From the human T2T-CHM13v2.0 reference genome, Homo sapiens, in the NCBI RefSeq assembly GCF_009914755.1, contig NC_060937.1: a DNA stretch of 64,000 nucleotides; one strand, 5' to 3'. A program made the translations under genes and the position numbers. Positions 31,450 to 45,660 of the stretch are shown piece after piece. The first letter of the stretch is position 1, and every line of letters begins with the position of its first letter. The notes under the pieces were generated by a model. The model did not search any database and had not been told where the DNA came from. It saw only the letters and a list, made by a program, of their open reading frames with translations.

Positions 31450-32430
31450 ATTGATGGGATCACTGGGTGAAAAGGGCCAACTGTGATCACAGTCACCAAA
31501 GATAAGGGGATTATCAATACCTTAATGAATAGCAAATTCAAAATAGTAAAAACAAAAAGAAATTACTTGCAGAGATCTTTTGTGTTAGCAAGTCGATTGT
31601 GGTGTCTGTAGAACTAAAATGGAAGGCTAGTCCATGGAATAACTATGGGATAAAGACTTTATGAAGGGCTAGGACTAGGGCAAGGTAAAAGAGGAGCCTG
31701 GAGCACACAATGTAGGGAGGCACAGGCATAACTCTGAGTGTGGGTGTCTCCTTAAATTTTCTTCTCTATGAATCTTTTTATCCTGGCTGGAAAGAGAAAT
31801 TCTGTAGTCCTGACAGGAGAGAATAAGTGGAAGCCACAAGAATTGCTTCAACTCAAAAAACAGGTAAACCAAAGTAATACCACTTTCCTGGAGGGATTAC
31901 AGGGATGAGTGCCACCATCAAGGATTTGTAGGAGGAAGAAGTGGAGTTCCCCATCATATTCTGCTTTAATTAGCCTATTTGGCCTTTGCAGAAGACAGCC
32001 TGATGTCAGAGAATGAAAGAGGATTTTTGTAAACTTAATCAGGTGGTGACCCCAGTCGTAGTTGCTGCTCCAATTGTGGTTTCATTGTAGGAGTAAATCA
32101 ATAAATCTCATGACACTTGATTATTGATCTGGGGAATACTTTTTCTCTGTACCTTTTTCAAAAACGCCACCAAAAGCAATTCATTTTCAGCTAATGAGGC
32201 CAGCAATATATCTCCACTCTCCTATTACCTTAGCAGTATATCAATTCTCTAACTTTATGTTATAATCTAGTACACGGGTACCCTGAACACCTTTTTATTT
32301 TCATAGAATACCATCCTGGCCCATTATGTTGATGCTATTAATCTTATTGGACCTGATGAGCAGGAAGGAGATACTATTTTATATAATTTGCTAGACGACT
32401 GTACGCCAAAAGGTGGAAGATAAATTTCAG
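31450..32430 (+). mobile_element. ERVL internal fossil (gag C-terminus and reverse transcriptase)
   Basis: Degenerate VNQ..YHFPGGITGMSATIKDL, PIWPLQKT, KLNQVVTP and HYVDAINLIG (32322-32350; YxDD mutated); stops and frameshifts. Confidence 0.85.
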
Positions 32431-32559
32431 AAACACTTAATTACATATTTAATTTATATAGTTAATCAAATTTCTATTTTTTCTTGTGACATTTTTAATA
32501 ATTTGTGTCTTACTAGTGTTTTTCCACTTATTTTAAATTTTTTGTACATAATAGCCCAT

Positions 32560-33900
32560 AATATAATATTATAAACTCAACATCTTTAGAATTAGACTTA
32601 CCATATATTACATATTTACCCTTCTTATTGTTGTTAATTCTTTCCTGCATTTAGTTAATTTTTCCATCTTGAGGAATATGTTCAATGTTTATGGCATTAT
32701 GGGTGGACAGTTAAATGTTTTCATTACATTAATTATGCCATTCATTATATTCTGACTTGCATAATTACTGTTGAAATTCAAATGTCAGTCTAATTGTTTA
32801 TTCTTTTGTTGTTAATATGTCTTTTTCTCTGGTGCTGTTTGGCATTTTATATTGGCTTTTATTTTTAGTAGCTATATTGCAATATCTAAGTGAGATTATC
32901 TTTGTATCTATTTTTCTTGTGGTGAAGATACAGTGATTTTCATATCTCTGACAAGATATCTCATCAATACTTATGACCTGTTTTTTTTTTTTAATCTCTT
33001 TCCAGTCTGGGACTCTAATTAGATAGATATTAGATCTTTGCAGCATAATTTCTATATCTCATAGTTTTTTTTTCTTCTTTTAAAAATCTCTGCTTCAGTT
33101 TACTGATCTTTTTCCATTCAACTAATACTCTGCTCACCTGTGTAAAATATTCTGTAATTCATCTCAATCACTTTATTTTTAATATCTAGGATTTCAAAGA
33201 CTTTGATTTGATTTATTTTTTTGATAAGACTCCCTGTTCGCTGGCAAAATTTATATACTGTTTTCTATTTCTGCTGAAAATGTTTATCAAAGCTATTTTA
33301 AAGTCCATATCTGATAACTCTTGAGATCTGGGTCTTATACAGCTCTGCTTATATTGTCTAATTTGTAGGTACTGACTGTTGATAACTTTTAAATGGAATG
33401 CCCAGAAATTTTCTATAAGAAATTATGGAGATAGTAGAGGATATTTTTTCTTAAGGTAAGATTAACCCCATGCTTTAATAGGCATACATAATAGCAGGCC
33501 GATCTCAATTCAGTCAGAGACTGAGCCCTCAACGTGTTTCAATTTTTAAAGACTGATTCTTTTTCTGATTGGCCTTCAATAGTAGCATGCAATCCTTAAA
33601 GAATCTCAACAGAGAATATATGGTGTTTACCACTGCCTCTGCTTTTCAGATATTCTTGAACTCAATTATTCCTCTCCCCAGCAAGGTGAGACTTCCAAAA
33701 ATTCCACTACATTTTCTTATATTTCTTAGCCACCATTTCTGGGAAGACTATGGATACATAAATGATTGGCATGTAAGAGAAGCAAAGAATGCACAACATA
33801 CTTCTATATATGTTTGTTTGTTTCTCTTTAAAATATTAGTTCATCAAGCCTTTGCTGCCTTGACAGGCTCATAGTCAATTTTTGTGCTTTATCATCTTAT
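32560..33900 (-). mobile_element. Old L1M ORF1/5' region
   Basis: gtcagtctaattgtt..tttttctctgg and tctgggactctaatt antisense ORF1 motifs; ORF 32798-33046 begins with RSNIYLIRVP, like L1 ORF1. Confidence 0.65.
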
Positions 33901-35285
33901 GAGTTGGCAGGACTGCCTTTCATTGGCCAGCTACTTTCTCAGTCTGTAAATTTCCCAACGTCTCCAATCAAGTGTATTTGTATTTATTATCCTTCAACAA
34001 ATACAGATTCTGAAGCATATGTCTTTCATATGGTGAATATTATTGCACTATACTTTCTTCTTTGCTGTATTACCATATTATATTGTTGATTTCTTGCATT
34101 CTATGATGAAATGGTGCCGAATTTAGGCAATAAAACTTTGACTATAATTACCAATTAATGTCATGGAGTTGGAAAATGTTGCAAAATAAGACTTGTGAAG
34201 ACAGTTGGATTCTTTGAAAGACCAATTCCTGGCTTGTATATACTAAGTAGCAAGAGATCATTGAAAAAATCTCAACTAGGCAAAATATTTATTGACTAGT
34301 CACTTAAAATTACCATTGGGCTAGACTGAAGTTCCTTGGTTATTTATGATGTCTTTGTAATGATGTCCTAACAGAGTTCCTTAGGAAGTATTATTTTTAG
34401 GTTTCAAGACACAGATATAGTTTAAATTGTTTCTTTTTTATTGGCAAAGTTAAAGAGTGATTAGAAATATCATATTAGTATCCAGTTGCATAATTTATAT
34501 TTCAAATTAGAAATATAACTGAAAATTTAAAAAAGTAAATAACATTTTTTATGTAGGTGTAAGTGAGTTTTGTAAGTATTAGCTCAGTGAACTCATCTGA
34601 AGCTTAGTTCAGGCTGCTTGTCAGGATTTTGTTGCCTTGACATACTTTTATTTTATTCCAGAAACCTAGAAACCAGCTTTAAAAATGTACAGGAAGAAGC
34701 AAACAGAAATGTTGAACTTTGTACTGAAGATGCTTTTGATATCCAAGTTATGTCCTGGGTGCAGGAAACAGTGCTATCTATAATTAAAGAAATGATGTCC
34801 ATCACTCCTTCTGACCTGAAAAAATTCACTGTTAAAAAAATCAAACAAATACATTCATAAAATAATCTGCAATGTGTTTTAAGGCAGTTAACAATATTAC
34901 AGTGGTAAAAGTTTTCACCAATAAGTCCAATGCATTAAAAGCAACTACCTTCATGCCTCACATTCACCTCGCCTCAAAAACAAAACAGAACAGAGCAAAA
35001 CAAAATGAAATAAACCAAAATCCCGTTCTTTTAGCCTGTGTTCTCCAGACTGAATTGTAGATGTGACGCATAATAACATCTTATTATGCAGAATCTTAAC
35101 ATCTTACATGTGCAGAATACATATCCACATATTTTTCAATGTGCAAAATGCATGCCCACCTATCCTTCAAGGAAACTGTGAGGAGATTCTTGGTGGGAAA
35201 CAAAACTGATGAGAGAAAGAACAACAAGAAACCTCTGTCTGTTGGGGCTTTATTTCCTCTAGTCTTCCTACTGCTTGGTAAGTTA

Positions 35286-35610
<325 letters not shown>

Positions 35611-35984
35611 AAGAGAGCATATTTTGTACACATCTAAGTTGTTACTCAGGTTCTATTTCCTCCCAATGTTTATTTAAATATTGCTGACATAAGTACTTTA
35701 TTACTCAACATACTTATTTGAAGCCTATTCTGTATAATACTACAGCACAATGTGCTTTCATTCATTACAGCAGCTGCTTCATTTCCACAACTTATCTCCT
35801 TGTTATGAAAGGTTTAATTTCTATAACAATTCTCATTTTTACTTATACTGTCTCTGCTTTTTTGACTGAGCTCGGACTGATACATTGATGATAATTAAGA
35901 AAATGGTGAAACTTTTGTGGATGTATGAATGAATAGTAGGATTTTTCGCAAGTTGAACTGAAAATCAACCATTGTGAATCTAGA

Positions 35985-36292
35985 TTTATTTTATTTTATT
36001 TTATTATTGTTATTTTTTGAGACGGAAGTCTCACTCTGTTGCTCAGGCTGGAGTGCAGTGGTGCCATCTCAACTCACTGCAAACTCCGCCTCCCGGGTTC
36101 AATTGCTTCTTCTGCCTCAGTAGCTGGGTTTACAGGCGCTTGCCACCATGCCCAGCTAGTTTTTGTGTTTTTAGTAGAGACGGGGTTTCTCCATGTTGGC
36201 CAGGCTGGTCTCAAACTCCTGACCTCAGGCGATCCGCCCTCCTCAGCTTCCCAACATTCTGCGATTACAGGCATGAGCCACCGCATCTGGCC
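35985..36292 (-). mobile_element. AluS with small internal deletion
   Basis: (TTTTA)n tail then Alu antisense. Confidence 0.93.
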
Positions 36293-39200
36293 CTGTATAA
36301 AGTTTTAAATAAAACATATATAAAATAACTTAAAACTGCAACATATAGGATTTAATCTTAAGCAAGAAAGGTACCACTAAAGATGGCAGAACAGGAAGCT
36401 CATGTAAACTGATCTCCATGTTAAAGAAGCAATCCCCAACAAGATAACTGGATAGTATATTTGCCCAACAATATTTTAAACTTATATTTAATAATCACTT
36501 TCTAATACCAAGGATGGATGAATTTTGGCTCTGGTTGTTTCATAAGTAAGATTGATTCAAACATCAACTTTTCAGAGTATGTCTTGATAAAATGCATTAT
36601 TGGAAAATTATTTTAAAAACTTGAAAAGAAGAGGCCCTAGGAGAAAAAAAATTAGTATTTTAGGTCACATTTTAGATCCAGATGGCTTAATGATAAACTA
36701 TCTTCTTGTATATCTATTAAATAATTAAATATTCAGATGCTAAGGATATACAAAGACAAAATTACGTTTCTTTTTAGCAACAAAAAAAATGCATGGATCC
36801 ATAATAGCTTTAGTTACACAATGGTTTCTTTGTGACAATAATTTCAGAAGTTTTTGATTCATTGATTTCATTAAAGGTTAAGAGAATAAAGCTTAGGACT
36901 CACAGTGACTTAGACATATTCTGGGGTTTTCAAAGAGCATTGCCGCTGGTTAAGATAAAGGCACAGAATGTGCTGAGATCAATCTGAACCTCACCGGCAC
37001 AGAATCAACAACATGACACAAACCCTTTCAGTGCAAGTGTCCTTTCATGCTGGAAAAGTGAAATGCTGAAAGTTACTGGTCCTCTTTATCAGTGTATTTA
37101 CATGAAAAATCCAACCAAATCAAATATATCTTCTTTACGATTGTAAGTTAGGTAGTCTTTCAGTAAAAGCATAACCAAAATTTATATTATTACATGGGAC
37201 TTTCTAGGCTGAGGCAGGATCTCTACTGAGCAAGTAGAACATATGAAGAAGATGATATTCACGGTTGGGAGAATGGAAGTGGTTGTGGTCATTTCCAAAG
37301 TGGTTCTGACTGTGGACAGAGGAAAGAGTAGGGGGAGTAATTTGGTTCTTTAGAAAATCGTACTTAACCTAGTAGAAGGAAGTGCTCATTCACAGGACTC
37401 ATTGTTAACAGAAGATTGCACTTTTCAAATGGAGGCACTGCTGGCATTCATAAGCAGACACTTTGCTCTGTATGCTATTATTAATAATAGAAATAATAAA
37501 TTATTAATAATAATAACTTATTAGTAATAAATAGAATGCGTGCCACAAAGTTGCAAAGTATTATTGATCATGATATAGTAATATTTTCTCACAATTTTTT
37601 TGCATTAAAAGTTTAGTGATGCTACATAAAACTCTAAGCCTCTCTTTACTCCACGTGAAATAAAATGTCATAACGAAATTGATTTTGTGAAACGTCTTAG
37701 AGGATAAATTAACTGGGGAATATGGATAAATTAGATCTTGCAACCTGCTGTGTGGCTTATTTAATGTTGGCCCACAGTTAGTTTGCATGGCTGATTTGAA
37801 GTTTCTTTCCTCAAATCCAGTGTAGAGACAGGTAACACCAAATCCCAATTTTCCTGTGGATCAAATGAGAAATGTTACTGGGAGAAATTTGCTCATGCCC
37901 TGAAGGAGAAGTGTTGTGAGTGTGTGTATGTGTGCATGTGAGCATGTGTGTATGTTCCTTCCAATTAGTGTTCAAGCCGGATTTTAGCTGAGTTTGAACT
38001 TGTTTTTCATTCTTAATTGTTTCTCTGTTCATATGTTCTGTACTTCTAGCCCATTCCCAGTGAGCTGTTCTGAACATAGAACTGAGCCACAGGAATTTTT
38101 GAGTATGTAAATGAAACCCTTCATCAAAGCAGCTCCATGGAGAGGGAAAAGAGCAAAGGGGAAGATTCAGACATGAATTCAGCTAATAAAGCCTATGGGG
38201 AGTTCTGCTTATAGTTGGCTCTTGTATTGGGCTAAAAAAAATATTTCATTTGATGTGGAATATCATGGCTTAGTTGTAAATGAGTTTCAGTCAGTTTCAT
38301 ATTTACTGGTGTTTGTGTGTGTGCACGTGTGTGAGGGTAGGGGTGTGTGGACCTTCGGGCTTAAATAGCTATACAGTTTTCTTTCTTCCCCCAAACATAT
38401 TTTAGAAATGAAAAGGGGAATATTTTAAACAGATGCCTAGTAAACATACCTATTTTAAAAACAGTTATTGCTGTTTGATATATTTTGAAAATTATTACCA
38501 TTTATTGCATATTTTATAATGCAGAAACTTTTGCAGTAAATACTCATATTCTTTAACAGTTCTTATTAATGTATTACTAGACCTAATGTAGCCATATACT
38601 TTCCTCTAGGATACATGCATGTAAGACCCTTTAGATTACATGTGGTAATACAACATAAGACTTGCATGCATTTTTTTTACTTTTTATAATCTAATCAATA
38701 GGTTGTAAGAAAGGTTAAAGTTAATGCAGATTATGACTGATATAAGCTATAGTATTAGGTATTATCAGTTACAATGACTATTTTAAAATGTTAGCAAAGG
38801 AGGCCATCACAAGTGAATTTAATGTACTTAGCTATCTGCCAGGTGAACCATAATAAATGAGGCAAAGGATTCAAAACATTAGTCAATTTCACTTTGGTAT
38901 TTACTATCACCTTATAAAAATGGTGAATAATGGTGCATTAAAAATGAAATCACAAAATGAATGTACCTCATAATCTATTTTCATACCACTTTGTTGCTAC
39001 TAGGTATTTCATACTGATTTGGTGCTTCCTATCTTATTCTTTTTTCTAAAGTCCTTTTATAATTAAAATTACTTTTTAATTTTTTTGGGTTTTAGACTTA
39101 CTAATGTCCGTTCTATATGTACACTTGTCTCTAGACAGTTGTCTTACAAAATATTTTGAAACGCATTGCATCTTGCAAAGAGGAAAAACCCACATTTGTC

Positions 39201-40414
39201 TGATATATTCTATTAGCCTTTATTCATCTACCATGATTGTAAGCAGTTCCAAAAATTCTGGAGCTAAACGTTTGCTCTTTTAATGCTTTCTTTCCCATAT
39301 TAGATAACATGAAATATCTCAAAACCTAAAAGTTGTCTGGAATTTGGTTTTTACTTAAATAATAATGTGTCAATCACAAGACTTCTGCAACCTTTCTACA
39401 CTATTTTAGTAGCCACCATGTTCTTCTAAGTTTGAAAGTAAATAAAATGAGAAAGACAAGTAAAAGGAAAACAAAATAATGTATTTTCATATATTTAGAC
39501 ATATCTTGACTTTTTATCCCCAATCACGGGTTACTTAACAGGACAGAAAGCTCAATGATAGTGATTTTACTTAAGGTTTCTTTCTATTTGGGCTTAAAAA
39601 TGTATCCTTTTGAATTCAAAAATGAGATATCTATGCTTCTGTATAGAAAACTAATGTATCTTCATCACTGTTTTCTGTAGAAAGAGATAATATGACCATT
39701 TCTTTCAAAAATTGGAAGAAGGAACAAACACACAAAACTGAGAATTATACAAGATCATATATGATTAAATTTTAAAATGAGCATGAAAGATAAGTGCTAT
39801 ATAAATTCATAGAAAGTGAAAATCAAAATGAAATGGAGAGTGTAGAAAAGGATGACTTTTTATCCTTTGCTATTCCTAAAGGAGGAGAGAATTCTTTCTC
39901 AGGACAGGGCAATAGCACCCTTTGTAGTAATCACATACAGTTACCTCTGTGTGGGAACCTGGTATCCTGGCAAATTTTCATAATGAACACAATCATGTGG
40001 GCTTTCGATTTCAGAATAAAGTTATTTACACAAAAAGTTATATCTCCTTAAAAATAGGAGTTTCTAAAATTCCTTTACATTTTATATTGGGCTCATTTAA
40101 CGGTTGCTCACCATTGTCATGTGACAAAATTTGTGCCTACATCTAGTTCCTTTGCTTGCCTTTTTTTGATGCTGTATTTAGCTGGAAACTTCTATAATTG
40201 AATTGCACTCAAATTTATTACCATTAAAATAGTTTTTCATCTTTACATATTTTTATTATTTGGTTAATCCAGTCAGTTTTATATATAAGATTTAACATGT
40301 GTAATATAAATTTTTGTCTTTACATGTGTAATATAAATTTTTACAATATGGTGAATTTTATTCTTAGTTTGTGATGAAATAGGATTTATCACACACACAT
40401 AAAGTTCGGTATCT

Positions 40415-40843
40415 ATTGATATGAAATGTCATCTTGCTATAAATTTTAATTAAAAGTTAAGTTCCCCACTTTATTTTGGATTTCTTATTTTCTTGCAACA
40501 TTTTTGACCACCTGACTCAATTTTTTAAGATATTACACATATGTATATAACAAGGTACTGTTAGAACCATCATGATAGATATTGTTTAAAAGGGATTCCA
40601 CGTATTTATTTGGGAATGATCACGATAATTGATATTAAATGTCATCTTGCTATACATTATAAATAAAATAGTTAAGTTCCCCAATTTACTTTGGCTTTCT
40701 TGTTTTCTTTCAACTATTTTGACTACTTGACTCAATTTTTTTGAGATGTGACACATATAACAAAGAAATGTTGGAATCGTAATGATAACGATAGATATTG
40801 TTTAAAAGGTATTCCACATATTTATTTAGGAATGATCATGCTA
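40415..40843 (+). repeat. Two-copy ~213-bp tandem duplication
   Basis: Copies start attgatat(g/t)aaatgtcatcttgctata at 40415 and 40628 and align end to end. Confidence 0.92.
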
Positions 40844-40849
40844 TTTTTT

Positions 40850-41945
40850 AATATTTGAAAAGATTTGTTCTGAGCCAAATATGAGTGACCATGGCCTGGA
40901 GCACAGTCTCAAGAGGTCCTGAGAGCATCCACCCAAGGTGGTTGGATTGATGCATGGTTTTATATGTTTTAGACAGAAATAAGACATAAACCAATACATG
41001 TGAGGTATACACTTGTTCAGTCTAGAAAAGCAGGAAACCTCTAAGTAGGGGCATACAGGTCATAGGTGAATTCAAAGGTTTCTTTTTGGGCAAGTTTCTG
41101 TTGAAAGAGTTATTATGTAACTCTTGTTGAAAGAGTTATTACCTAAAAATATGGAATCAATATAAAGGAGTGTCTGGGTTAAAAAGAGGTTGTGGAGACC
41201 AAGTTTCTTATTATGTAGATGAAGTCTCTTAGGTCCTATTCAAACCTTCAAATGTGCTAGACTCTCAGTTAATCTCTTCATTATTGGGATGGCCTGAAAA
41301 GGGAAAGAGTTAGTTATGTTAATAGAGATACGTTATAGAAGCAAATTTTCCCCCACGAAATATGTCTTTGCAGGGCCATTTCAAAATACACCAAAGAAAC
41401 ATATGGGGTAAAATATTTTGAATTTTTTATTTATCTGTCATGTGATATGCCTGAATCAGGTTGGAAAGTAAAGCCATATTATATAGCATTAAATAACCCA
41501 TATGATGTGATTTTTACGGCTTGTAGTGAATGACTTCCCAGGCCTGTTAGATAGGTATTTGGGCAAAAGAATAATATGGTTTGGCTGTGTCCCCACCTAA
41601 ATCTCATCTTGAATTCCCACGTGTTGTGGGAGGGACCCAGTGGGAGGTAATTGAATCATGGGGGCAAGTCTTTCCCATGCTGTTCTCATGATGGTGAATA
41701 AGTCTCATGAGATCTGATGGTTTTAAAAAGAGGAGTTGCCCTACACAAGTTTTCTTTCTTTGCCTGCTGCCATCCATGTAAGACATGACTTGCTCCTCCT
41801 TGCCTTCTGCCGTGATTGTGAGGCCTCCCCAGTCACATGAAACTGTAAGTACAATTAAACCTCTTTCTTTTGCAAATTGCCCAGTCTTGGGCATGAAAAT
41901 GGACTAATACAGAGGGAGAGAAAAAGAAGATCAGAGTTTAGTCTT
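40850..41945 (-). mobile_element. MER4-family (ERV1) LTR, interrupted by THE1
   Basis: ttctgagccaaatatgagtgaccatggcc..tcaagaggtcctgag MER4 motif; terminal gatcagagtttagtc after the THE1. Confidence 0.85.
41572..41911 (+). mobile_element. THE1B-like solo LTR
   Basis: atatggtttggctgtgtcccca..aatctcatcttgaattccca ... ggactaataca. Confidence 0.93.
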
Positions 41946-42483
41946 GAGTCTCCTCTCTTGGCCAAAAATTATTCCATAAATTGCATGTGCAAGCCAACAA
42001 ATGGCAGGGAGTACTATGACGCTAGGAAGGCTCATTCTTACAGTAGTCCAATGGATGTCAATAGTTTCAATATTACCAATGTTGGGTCCCAGGGAAGGAC
42101 ACAGTCTGACCTTGTTTAATAGCTAATTATTTAAGAGGCAAGAAAGAATCAGGCCTAGAAGTCAGCCTGAAAAAAAAATCTTGGCTCAGATCTACTATGC
42201 AAGCTATCTTGATCTAGGCCTTCCATGTTTTTTTTTTTTTTATTTTTTGACTCAATCATGACATTTATGAGAGATAGATAACAATAATATAATGATAAGC
42301 ATCATAAAAATAGTGAATATTTGGTGTTTAAGAAAGTCGTAGATAGAACTGGAGGACAGTAAACAACCTAACCAGCCAAAACAAAAGAAAAATCCCCTGA
42401 ATGTAACATCATATCTTTAATCAGACATACAATATGTTTGCCTTCCTTAGCAAGGTCATTTGCTTATTTGAGAACCGTAGCAC

Positions 42484-42853
42484 AGTATTAGTCCATTCTC
42501 ACTCTGCTATGAAGAAATACCGCAGACTGTGTAATTTATAAAGGAAGGGGTTTAACTGGCACACGATTCCACAGGGTTTGGGAGGCCTCAGGAAACTTAC
42601 AATCATGGAGGAAAGAGAAGAAACCATGTCCTTCTTCCCATGGCAGCAGCAAGGAGAAGTGCAGAGAGAAGTGGGTAAAAGCTGTTTATAAAACCATCAT
42701 GTCTTGTGAGAATTCACTCTCATGAGAACAGCATGGAGGTAACTGCCCCCATGATTCAGCTACCTCCCGCTGGGTCCCTCGGACAACACGTGGGGATTAT
42801 GGGAACTACAATTGAAGAAGAGATTTGGGTGAGGACACAGCCAAACCATATCA
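42484..42853 (-). mobile_element. THE1C-like solo LTR
   Basis: gtattagtccattctcac ... gccaaaccatatca; 5-bp TSD agcac at 42479-42483 and 42854-42858. Confidence 0.94.
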
Positions 42854-43081
42854 AGCACCAACATTAAATCAGACTCCATCAAATTTAATTTCTCTTCTGG
42901 TCAATTGGTGTCTATAGGTGTGACATCCTGAGGAGCGTATAAATCAATTTTGAGAGCTACTTGATGCTCAGTACCTAAATTGTCATAGAACTTGTTTACG
43001 ATAGTCAAATCTATTTTCCCCACCACTTTTCTGTTACACCATACAGTGGTATTTGGAGGAGAAAAAGAGGTTATTTTCCTG

Positions 43082-44455
43082 GCGAAAAACAGGGAATGAG
43101 GAAAAGATCCCCTATTCAATAAATGGTGCTGAGATACCTGGCTAACCAAATGCAGAAGATTCAAACTGGGTATTTTCCTTACACCATATACAAAAGTTAA
43201 CTCAAGATGGATTAAAGACTTAAATGTAAAACCCAAAAGTATAAAAACCCTGGAAGACAACCTAGGCAACACCATTTAGGACACAGCATGTGTGAAGATT
43301 TTATGACAAATATGCCAAAAGCAATTGCAACAAAAGCAAAAATTGATAAATGGGATTTGATTAAACTAATGATCTTCTGCACAGCAAAAGAAACAATCAA
43401 CAGAGGAAATAGACAACCTACAGAATGGGAGAATTTCTTGTAGACTTTGCATTCGACAAAGGTCTGATATCCAGTATCTATAAGGAAATTAAACAATTAC
43501 AAGAAAAAAAAAACAAACAACCCCATAAAAAAGTGGGCAAAGGACATAAACAGACACTTTTCAAAAGAAGACATACATGTGACCAACAGTCATATGAAAA
43601 AAGCTTAACATCACCAATCATTAGAGAAATGCAAATCACAACCACAATGAGATACCATCTCACACCAATCAGAACGGATATTATTAAAATGTCAAAAAAT
43701 CACAGACTCTGGTGAGGTTGAAGAGAAAAAGGAATGCTAATACAGTGTTGGTGGGAGTGTAAATTAGTTCAACCATTGTGGAAGATAGTGTGGCAGCTCC
43801 TCAAAGAGCTGAAGACTTTTGACCCAAACCTCAAATACCACTTGACCCAGCAATCCCATTACTGGGTATGTAAAGAAAAGAATATAAATCATTCTCTTAT
43901 GAAGACACACACATGTGTATATTTATTGCAGCACTATTCACAATAGCAAAGATATGGAATCAACCTAAATGATAGGTCAGTGATAGCCTGGATAAGGAAA
44001 ATGTGGTACGTATACACAATGACAGACTGGATAAGAAAATGACAGACTGGATAAAGAAAATGTGATATACATACACAGTGGAATACTCGGCAGCCATGAA
44101 AAAGAAAGAGAGCATGTCCTTTGCAGGGACATGGATAGAGCTGGAAGCCATTATTCTCAGCAAACTAATGCGGGAACAGAAAACCAAACAGCATCTTCTC
44201 ATTTATAAGTGGGAACTAAATGACGAGAACACATGAACACAATGAGGGGAACAACACACACTGGAACCTTTTGGACGGTGGAGGGTGGGAGGAGAGGGCA
44301 GATCAGGAAAAATAACTAATTAAGCCATTATTAGGACTAGGTTTAACACCTGAGTGATGAAATAATCTGTAGAACAAACCCCATGACACAAGTTTACCTA
44401 TATAACAAACCTGCACTTGTAGCCCTAAACTTAAAAGAAAAGTTTTAAAAAAAGA
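43082..44455 (+). mobile_element. Older L1PA (about L1PA11-16) 3' 1.4 kb
   Basis: ORF2 C-terminal remnants and the same 3'UTR type as 1542-2322. Confidence 0.92.
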
Positions 44456-44459
44456 GATT

Positions 44460-45660
44460 TTGTTACAGGATAAGTCATGTAATTCTACAGTGTTATTTTG
44501 TTGTCCCTCCCAACAAAAATGGCCCTTTCGCATATACCAAATGGTATGTATCATGTGGGTGGGTATTAGCAGCCAAGTAAGGACTCAGGAGGCAAAGCCC
44601 TTTATTTTGTTTCTATGTGTAGGCATTTGTGTGCCTCCTTGATTTAGAGGATCTAAATTAATTTTATCTCTCAAAACCGACCCTTAAAATCTCACATGCC
44701 CACCTCTTTTGCAATTGAGTCTGAAAAGTTGCCTATATAGTTTTAGCAGCAGGGCGTTAGCAATGAGAATAGTCCAGGCCCAGTGGGATTCGAAATGGTT
44801 TTTAAATTTTGAAGATATCAGGTAGAGAGAGAAAGGTAATCTTGTTGTTTTACCCAATTTTGTAAGCTACAGATAGACTTACCAATGTTTTAAACAAAAA
44901 GGACATAAACCCTGCCTAGGTCTGATAATGAAAAAACAAGGAGAGTCATGGGTAGCTAAACATTTAAATTATTCAGTATTAAGGCATAGAACAAATTATA
45001 TTATTTTATATAGAGGAAAATGTATTAAATGAGTTTTGTTTTCATACAGGGTCTTGCTTTTTTGCATAGGCTGGAGTGCCATGGCATGATGATGGCTCAC
45101 TGTAGCCTCAAATTTCTGTGCTCCAGTCAGGCTCCCAGCTCAGCCCCTCAAGTAGCTGGAGCTACAGGCACATACAACCACGCCTGGCTAATTTTAAAGA
45201 AAAAATTTTTGTAGAGGCGTGGTCTCATTATGTTGCCCAGGCTGGTCTCAAACTCCTGGCCTCAAGTAATTCTCCTGCCTCAGCCTCCTAAAGTACTTGG
45301 ATTATAGGTGTGAGGCACCGTGCCTGGCGTATTAAATGAGTATGCCTTCATATACATGCCTGGCCCAGTGTCCTACGAAAGCAGTTTACTTTTACTGTCA
45401 TCTCCCAGGTCTGAAGATAGGGTTTTGGTGAACTTGAATTTGGTGCCGGATGCCAGTGTTGAAATTTAACATTCAGTAGAGATCAGTGTTCCTTTTTAGA
45501 TGAGGTATGTGTACCTAGGAGTCAAAGCCCTGCAACTTCATAGCACAAGTGTTAGTTAACAATATATGATAAACACCTTTTTTTGAAGGGGGCTGGAGAG
45601 AATCTCTCAATTGATGTTTAGACATCAGGCTGCAGGTGGTAATACTGGAGTTTATGACTT
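44460..45660 (-). mobile_element. ERV1 (gamma-like) internal fossil: integrase C-terminus and probable env start
   Basis: Minus-strand translation of 45577-45491 gives GVYHILLTNTCAMKLQGFDS*VHIPHLKR, the GPY/F integrase tail module; extent of the env part is inferred. Confidence 0.75.
45035..45328 (-). mobile_element. AluJ
   Basis: Diverged Alu antisense; 13-bp TSD gtattaaatgagt at 45022-45034 and 45329-45341. Confidence 0.93.

Noticed and set aside
41572-42853. Two THE1 LTRs as one element
   Set aside because: Opposite orientations, different subfamilies, and the second has its own TSD (agcac).
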